Source of the DNA: Candidatus Nitronereus thalassa
GTDB taxonomy: Bacteria; Nitrospirota; Nitrospiria; Nitrospirales; UBA8639
DNA: 32,000 nucleotides
Direction: 5' to 3'
Assembly: GCF_032191465.1 (NCBI RefSeq)
Contig: NZ_JAQOUE010000002.1
Span: forward strand, 546,409-578,408
The translations under genes were made by a program, and so were the position numbers. Below the pieces are notes generated by a model. It had not been told where the DNA came from and did no database searches. It saw only the letters and a list, made by a program, of their open reading frames with translations. Within the stretch, counting starts at the first letter, position 1; each line of letters starts with the position of its first letter. Shown here in pieces: positions 26,636 to 32,000 of this stretch.

Positions 26636-27012
26636 TACTTATCGATTCCTGGTCATCAAACTGGCGTGGAACATTGTTTCATGCATGCCTTACGAACCAT
26701 TCAGGTAGGGCCCCCAAGTTGATGGAAAATGCCGATTTCAAATCCGTGGGAATTCTCAACCACCCCATGATTGGTATTCCCAGATGTGTAGTCGGCTAGG
26801 CAGAACGGTTACTTAATATTCAGCAAGTAAGTCATCACTTCCCCTAGGATCACAATGGCGCCTAACAAACAGCAATAAGACAAGCGTGAATGAACGAGGA
26901 TGATTGGCTCCCCCTTTTTTCATACACCAACACCCCGAGCATGCAAACTGAAGGAATTTGGGAAATGGGCTTATGCGGAAGGATTCATCTTTATGGAGGA
27001 AAGAAACAGAAA

Positions 27013-27067
27013 AGGCCCTCCCCCTCACTAAGAATGCCATTAGGCATTATCAAAAGGGGAAGGGCCT
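27013..27067 (-). terminator. Probable terminator downstream of bfr, with a nested hairpin
   Basis: Outer arms AGGCCCTCCCCCT / AAGGGGAAGGGCCT and inner AATGCC-ATT-AGGCATT; minus strand continues TTTTCTGTTTC. Confidence 0.6.
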
Positions 27068-27089
27068 CAACCCTGGGAATCAAGAACGC

Positions 27090-27569
27090 TTAGCTCTCTT
27101 CTTTTTTAATTTGCTCGCTCAGGTAGTTTTGCAAACCCACCTGCTTGATGGTTTCTAATTGTGTTTCTATCCAATCGATATGCTCTTCTTCATCCTTAAT
27201 CATATCCTCAAGCATATGCCGTGTGGCAAAATCTCCAACCTTGGTACAATGAACGACACCCTCGCTCATCAACTTGACCATGGCTTTTTCTTTGTCGAGA
27301 TCCGCCTTCAATTGTTCCGGGACATTTTCCCCAATCTTGACTGTGCCCAATCGTTGCATGTTGGGCAGCCCATCAAGAAATAAAATATGATCAATCACTG
27401 CCTGTGCATCTTTCATCTCGCCGTAACTTCGGCCGAGCACATGGTGATGAAGTCGCTCATATCCCCAGTTCTTACACATTTTTGCGTGCAAGAAGTATTG
27501 ATTAATGACGGTCAATTCCTCCGTCAAAATCTTGTTGAGTAAACTGATCACTCCTTCTTTGGCTTTCAT
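27090..27569 (-). CDS. bfr: Bacterioferritin
   Basis: MKAKEGVISLLNKILTEELTVINQYFLHAKMCKNWGYERLHHHVLGRSYGEMKDAQAVIDHILFLDGLPNMQRLGTVKIGENVPEQLKADL...MLEDMIKDEEEHIDWIETQL. Confidence 0.96.
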   Translation of the reverse strand: MKAKEGVISLLNKILTEELTVINQYFLHAKMCKNWGYERLHHHVLGRSYGEMKDAQAVIDHILFLDGLPNMQRLGTVKIGENVPEQLKADLDKEKAMVKLMSEGVVHCTKVGDFATRHMLEDMIKDEEEHIDWIETQLETIKQVGLQNYLSEQIKKEES

Positions 27570-27879
27570 ACCGGCCTCCTTTCCCAATTTCTAGTTTTAA
27601 AAAATTTTGTTCATCACAATTTAGTGAAAACCCGGTGAAAATCTGGATATGTTTAGTTACCAGCCTAGTCTCATGCTACATCTCATTTTCGGAATATGTC
27701 AATAGAATACTTTAGGTATTTATTCTTAATCATGATTCTCTTTCTCAACTTCGCTGAGATGGACTCTCAAGTTCGCTGATATGAATTTTCAACTTCAGCT
27801 TACACCAGGATCGAGAGAGGGACAGAAAGTCACGAGGCATCGGTTGACCGATATTCTTGGCCAGTGCTACCGTCCCCCT

Positions 27880-30800
27880 ATGTCCTCACCCACCACCAAT
27901 CGTCCACCCAATCGTCTCATCCACGAAACCAGCCCCTATTTACTTCAGCATGCGCACAACCCTATTGATTGGTATCCTTGGGGCAAGGACGCACTCTCAC
28001 GAGCCCAGACTGAAGACAAACCTATTCTCTTATCCATAGGATATTCGGCCTGCCATTGGTGCCATGTGATGGAACGTGAATCGTTTGAGAATGAGGAAAT
28101 CGCTAAACTCATGAATCAGGACTATGTCTGTATCAAAGTGGACCGAGAGGAACGCCCCGACCTCGATGAAATTTACATGCAAGCTACGTTGGCCATGAAC
28201 CAAGGCAACGGGGGATGGCCCATGACGGTATTCCTCACCCCCGACCAACAACCCATCTTTGCCGGCACGTATTTTCCACCGACTGATAAATGGGGACGCC
28301 CGGGTTTTAGTACTGTGCTAAAAAAAATCGCGGAAGGTTGGCATAAAGACCGAGCCGAAATTGTGGACACTGCTTCACGGTTTACCGCGAAACTCCAGAA
28401 ATCCATTCAAGTTCCCTCTCCCACTACCATTGGGCAGGATGAACTGGATGCCGGAACTGAACAATTTGCGAAACATTTCGATCCCGTGTTTGGCGGATTT
28501 GGGCAAGCCCCAAAATTCCCTCCTGCCACCGGACTCTCGTTTTTACTTCGCCAATATCATCACACGGGCAACGAACATACCCTAACCATGGTTCGAAAAA
28601 CCTTGGACGCCATGGCCGCTGGCGGAATGTATGACCACATTGCCGGTGGGTTTTCTCGCTATTCCACAGATGAACGTTGGCTAGTCCCGCATTTCGAAAA
28701 AATGTTGTACGACAATGCCCTTCTCGCCAAAACTTACGTCGAAGCCTTTCAAGTCACTCAAGCGGACAACTACCGGCGAGTCGCCACTGAAATTCTCGAT
28801 TACATAATTCGAGAAATGACGTCTCCGGAGGGAGGATTTTATTCAGCCACTGATGCGGACTCGGAAGGCGTGGAAGGAAAATTTTTTGTTTGGGACCCCG
28901 AACAAATTAAAGCGATTGTTCCATCTGAAGAAGACGCGAAACGCTTTTGCGCCTACTATGACATTACCGATGAAGGCAATTGGGAACATCATAGTATCCC
29001 CAATACCCCTCGTGCTCTTGATGCTGTCGCTCAAGAAATAGACTGCTCGCCAGAGGAACTGCAACAAACAATAGACCGTGTGCGTCCCCTCGTCTATCAG
29101 GCCCGATTAACTCGAGTTCCCCCAGGGCTCGACGATAAAATCATCACCGCGTGGAATGGAATGATGATCAGCACCATGGCCGAAGCCAGTCGAGTATTTG
29201 GTCACCCTCAATATTTGCAAGCTGCCACCAACGCCGCGGATTTTCTTCTTCGAACGCTTTCAAGGCCAGATGGTGGTCTGTTTCGCACCTATCGGGAGAA
29301 CAAAGCCCATCTCGATGCATATCTTGAAGATTATGCGTTTCTCATCGAAGCCTTGATAGATATCTATGAAGCAGGCGGAAGCGAACACTATTTATCCGAG
29401 GCCGTTCGATTGGCTGAACGGCTGCTCCAAGATTTTTCCGATCAAGAATACGGTGGATTTTTCACCACGGCAAAAGATCATGAAACCCTCATCCTCCGAA
29501 GCCGTGAAGGCCCCGATGGCGCCACTCCTAGCGGAAATGCCGTGGCCGCCACGGCGCTGGCCAGACTCTCGTTTCATTTCGGACGAGAAGATTTACGTGA
29601 CGCCGCAACACAAGCCATTCGTGCCTATGGCCAACAAATCGCCCAAATCCCGCGCGGCTTTGCGAAAACCTTGATTGCCTCTGATTTACTACTCAAAGGC
29701 CCAATTGAATTAGCGTTAGTCGGAAGCCCTGAGGGCCACCAGGCATTGGAAGCCCTTTCAAAAGAACTGAGGCGTCATTTCGTGCCGAATCGAATTATCG
29801 CTCATTATGATCCTCAAAACTCCAAAACCTCGCATCCTCTTCTGAAAGACAAAACCTTAGTTAATGGACAGCCAGCGCTTTATATCTGCAAAAATTTCGC
29901 CTGTGCCGCTCCCCTTACCGACCCGAAACTGATCAAACAGGCTTTGGCCCATCAGCTTCATCCTGATCCGGATCAACCAACAACCCAAACCACCACACTC
30001 AAAACTTCCGGCATCACCGGAAAAGCGACGGCACAGGGAACGGCAGCCTATGTTTCACGCATGTTGTCCCACTCCAAGTCCAACCGCCCATCAGCTTCCG
30101 GGTATGGTCCTTTGGGATCAACGGGGTTGACGACCTCTCGAATTGGATTTGGAGGATACCGTATTACGGAAGGTCACGATGAACACCGAGAAGCCTTACG
30201 TAAAGCCTTGCGTGAGGGATGCAATATCATTGATACCTCAACGAACTATACGGATGGTAGCAGTGAACGTTTGATTGGGCAGGTGATCAAGGAATTACTG
30301 CAGGCTCAAGAAATGACTCGCGAAGAAGTGATCGTGGTTTCGAAGATTGGCTATGTACAAGGCCAGAACCTGGCTCGCGCGGAAACCAAAGAGCAAACCG
30401 GACATCCATATCCTGATATGGTGAAATATGGCGAAGGGTTGTGGCATTGCCTCCACCCTGAATTTCTTGAGGATCAGTTTGCGCTATCACTGGATCGTTT
30501 GGGGTTGGAAACACTGGACGTGTGCTTACTGCACAACCCTGAATATTTTCTTTCCGACGTTAAAAACCAGAAGCTCATCGTGGATAACGAAAAGCTCCAA
30601 GAACTGCGAAACGAATTTTACCGTCGACTACAACAAGCCTTCGAGTATTTTGAGACGCAAGTCACCGCAGGACGCCTACAATACTATGGCGTCTCATCCA
30701 ACACCTCGACGACCTCTCCCGATGATCCCGAAGCCACCTCACTCTCTCGCATCTATGAATGTGCCAAAGCCGCGGGCAACACTCTTGGAAAATCTTTCCC

Positions 30801-31584
30801 TGCATTCCGAGTCTTGCAACTCCCCATGAACTTGTTTGAATCAGGGGCATTACTCACTCCCAACACTGGCAGCGACACCTCCAAGACAGTTTTGGAATTT
30901 GCACAACAAGAACAGATCGCCATACTTGTCAATCGACCACTCAATGCCATCCCCTCAAAACATCGCGGCATGATTCGATTGGCCAATCCCCACACGGAAC
31001 CCGTGGAATCAACTTTTGAGGAGCTATACGAACAACTTGGAACCTTGGAAGAGGAATTTCGGGAAAAATTCGTCCCGCATATTCCTTACTCCGGCAAGGG
31101 CCTCGAGCCAAAAGACTTTTTCTCATTCACCGAGGAACTGAAAAATCTACGACCCCGCCTCCAGGGACTTGAACACTGGGATCAGATTGAATCACAGATG
31201 ATCGCCCCACATGTCAATCAAGCGCTTCAAGTCGTCTCCAAACACCTTGGCGAGGACCACGCGAATGCCTGGAGCAATTGGCAACACCGCTACATTCCAA
31301 AACTTTTGACCTTTTTTCTGGTGTTGCGAAAAGAATCTGCACAAAAAAACCGTGAGGCGATTTCTGCAATATCAGGACTCATCGATCCCCATCTACCGAA
31401 GGATAAACGCTCCGAATCCATTTCCTCCAAATCTCTCTGGATATTAACCAGCACCTCAGGAGTTACCTGTGTCCTCAACGGCATGAGAACATCTGCCTAT
31501 GTTGAAGAAGCACTCAAGGTCTTACACTGGGCGCCCCTTTCCAACCCCCGAGATGTGTTTGAAAAAATCAGAAATCCTCAATAG
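27880..31584 (+). CDS. DUF255/YyaL-like (thioredoxin + glycosidase-like) protein fused to a C-terminal aldo/keto reductase domain
   Basis: [29 protein letters not shown]...[17 protein letters not shown]...[14 protein letters not shown]...[26 protein letters not shown]; then from about 30100 [25 protein letters not shown]...[20 protein letters not shown]...VIVVSKIGY...[13 protein letters not shown]. Alternative upstream ATG at 27781. Confidence 0.93.
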   Translation: MSSPTTNRPPNRLIHETSPYLLQHAHNPIDWYPWGKDALSRAQTEDKPILLSIGYSACHWCHVMERESFENEEIAKLMNQDYVCIKVDREERPDLDEIYMQATLAMNQGNGGWPMTVFLTPDQQPIFAGTYFPPTDKWGRPGFSTVLKKIAEGWHKDRAEIVDTASRFTAKLQKSIQVPSPTTIGQDELDAGTEQFAKHFDPVFGGFGQAPKFPPATGLSFLLRQYHHTGNEHTLTMVRKTLDAMAAGGMYDHIAGGFSRYSTDERWLVPHFEKMLYDNALLAKTYVEAFQVTQADNYRRVATEILDYIIREMTSPEGGFYSATDADSEGVEGKFFVWDPEQIKAIVPSEEDAKRFCAYYDITDEGNWEHHSIPNTPRALDAVAQEIDCSPEELQQTIDRVRPLVYQARLTRVPPGLDDKIITAWNGMMISTMAEASRVFGHPQYLQAATNAADFLLRTLSRPDGGLFRTYRENKAHLDAYLEDYAFLIEALIDIYEAGGSEHYLSEAVRLAERLLQDFSDQEYGGFFTTAKDHETLILRSREGPDGATPSGNAVAATALARLSFHFGREDLRDAATQAIRAYGQQIAQIPRGFAKTLIASDLLLKGPIELALVGSPEGHQALEALSKELRRHFVPNRIIAHYDPQNSKTSHPLLKDKTLVNGQPALYICKNFACAAPLTDPKLIKQALAHQLHPDPDQPTTQTTTLKTSGITGKATAQGTAAYVSRMLSHSKSNRPSASGYGPLGSTGLTTSRIGFGGYRITEGHDEHREALRKALREGCNIIDTSTNYTDGSSERLIGQVIKELLQAQEMTREEVIVVSKIGYVQGQNLARAETKEQTGHPYPDMVKYGEGLWHCLHPEFLEDQFALSLDRLGLETLDVCLLHNPEYFLSDVKNQKLIVDNEKLQELRNEFYRRLQQAFEYFETQVTAGRLQYYGVSSNTSTTSPDDPEATSLSRIYECAKAAGNTLGKSFPAFRVLQLPMNLFESGALLTPNTGSDTSKTVLEFAQQEQIAILVNRPLNAIPSKHRGMIRLANPHTEPVESTFEELYEQLGTLEEEFREKFVPHIPYSGKGLEPKDFFSFTEELKNLRPRLQGLEHWDQIESQMIAPHVNQALQVVSKHLGEDHANAWSNWQHRYIPKLLTFFLVLRKESAQKNREAISAISGLIDPHLPKDKRSESISSKSLWILTSTSGVTCVLNGMRTSAYVEEALKVLHWAPLSNPRDVFEKIRNPQ

Positions 31585-32000
31585 GCACCAGACCAGTTTT
31601 TCCACAATCGAACAAAATTTTCAGTTTCTTGTTGCAACACATCACCCTTTGGATTTACCATCAAAAGCCTTTGTTCTTGCGCTGTGTGAATCTCCGTGGT
31701 CTTCGAATAGAGGTTTTGACTGACAAGAACAGCTCCGTCTTGATCAGTCCGGTATACCTTCATGCCTTGTTGTTCATAATGTTGAAGGACCGACGGCGCT
31801 GGATGCCCATATCGGTTCCGCTGCCCAGCAGATACCACTGCGATCTTTGCCGTTAATTGTTTAACCCATTCCTCACTAAACGAACTCTTTGCCCCATGAT
31901 GGGGAATTTTTATCATTGTCGCACGTTGAACCTGAGGGTCCTGGGCCATTCGCTCCAAGGCGTCCACCTCAGCATCCGCCGAGAACAAGATAGAATGATC
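31578..32000 (-). CDS. ComEC/Rec2-type metallo-beta-lactamase-fold domain, C-terminal part (truncated by window edge)
   Basis: [15 protein letters not shown]...[69 protein letters not shown]; frame is open to the edge (DHSILFSAD). Confidence 0.85.
   Translation of the reverse strand, partial: DHSILFSADAEVDALERMAQDPQVQRATMIKIPHHGAKSSFSEEWVKQLTAKIAVVSAGQRNRYGHPAPSVLQHYEQQGMKVYRTDQDGAVLVSQNLYSKTTEIHTAQEQRLLMVNPKGDVLQQETENFVRLWKNWSGAY

Noticed and set aside
28173-29674. Several 60-100 aa ORFs antisense or frame-shifted to the DUF255-AKR gene
   Set aside because: They lie completely inside a strongly supported coding sequence and lack any signature.

Overview
Chromosomal-looking window, gene-dense and housekeeping-like, without rRNA, tRNA or CRISPR arrays that I can support. 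The protein content suggests a Nitrospirota-like or related Gram-negative bacterium; this taxonomic guess is inference only. Main contents: YqaA-like membrane protein; DUF2835 protein; an IS110-family transposase interrupted by an in-frame TGA; a mostly non-coding 1.7 kb zone with three copies of a ~212 bp structured dispersed repeat; MOSC protein; inositol-monophosphatase/CysQ-like; 2'-5' RNA ligase-like; SRAP (YedK-like) peptidase; thioredoxin-like; DNA polymerase IV; nitroreductase; HD-GYP; TPR proteins; DUF2914 protein; two pyridine nucleotide-disulfide reductases flanking two TVP38/TMEM64 proteins; DUF3047; two tandem small Cys-rich exported proteins resembling BufA2-type bufferin precursors; zf-HC2 anti-sigma/ECF sigma pair; LuxR-type regulator; bacterioferritin; a large DUF255 (YyaL-like)-aldo/keto reductase fusion; and a partial ComEC C-terminus. 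I found no clear new defence system. The best leads are the repeat family with compensatory base changes in its hairpins, the orphan Cys-rich pair, the DUF255-AKR fusion, and the TVP38/disulfide-reductase double pair.
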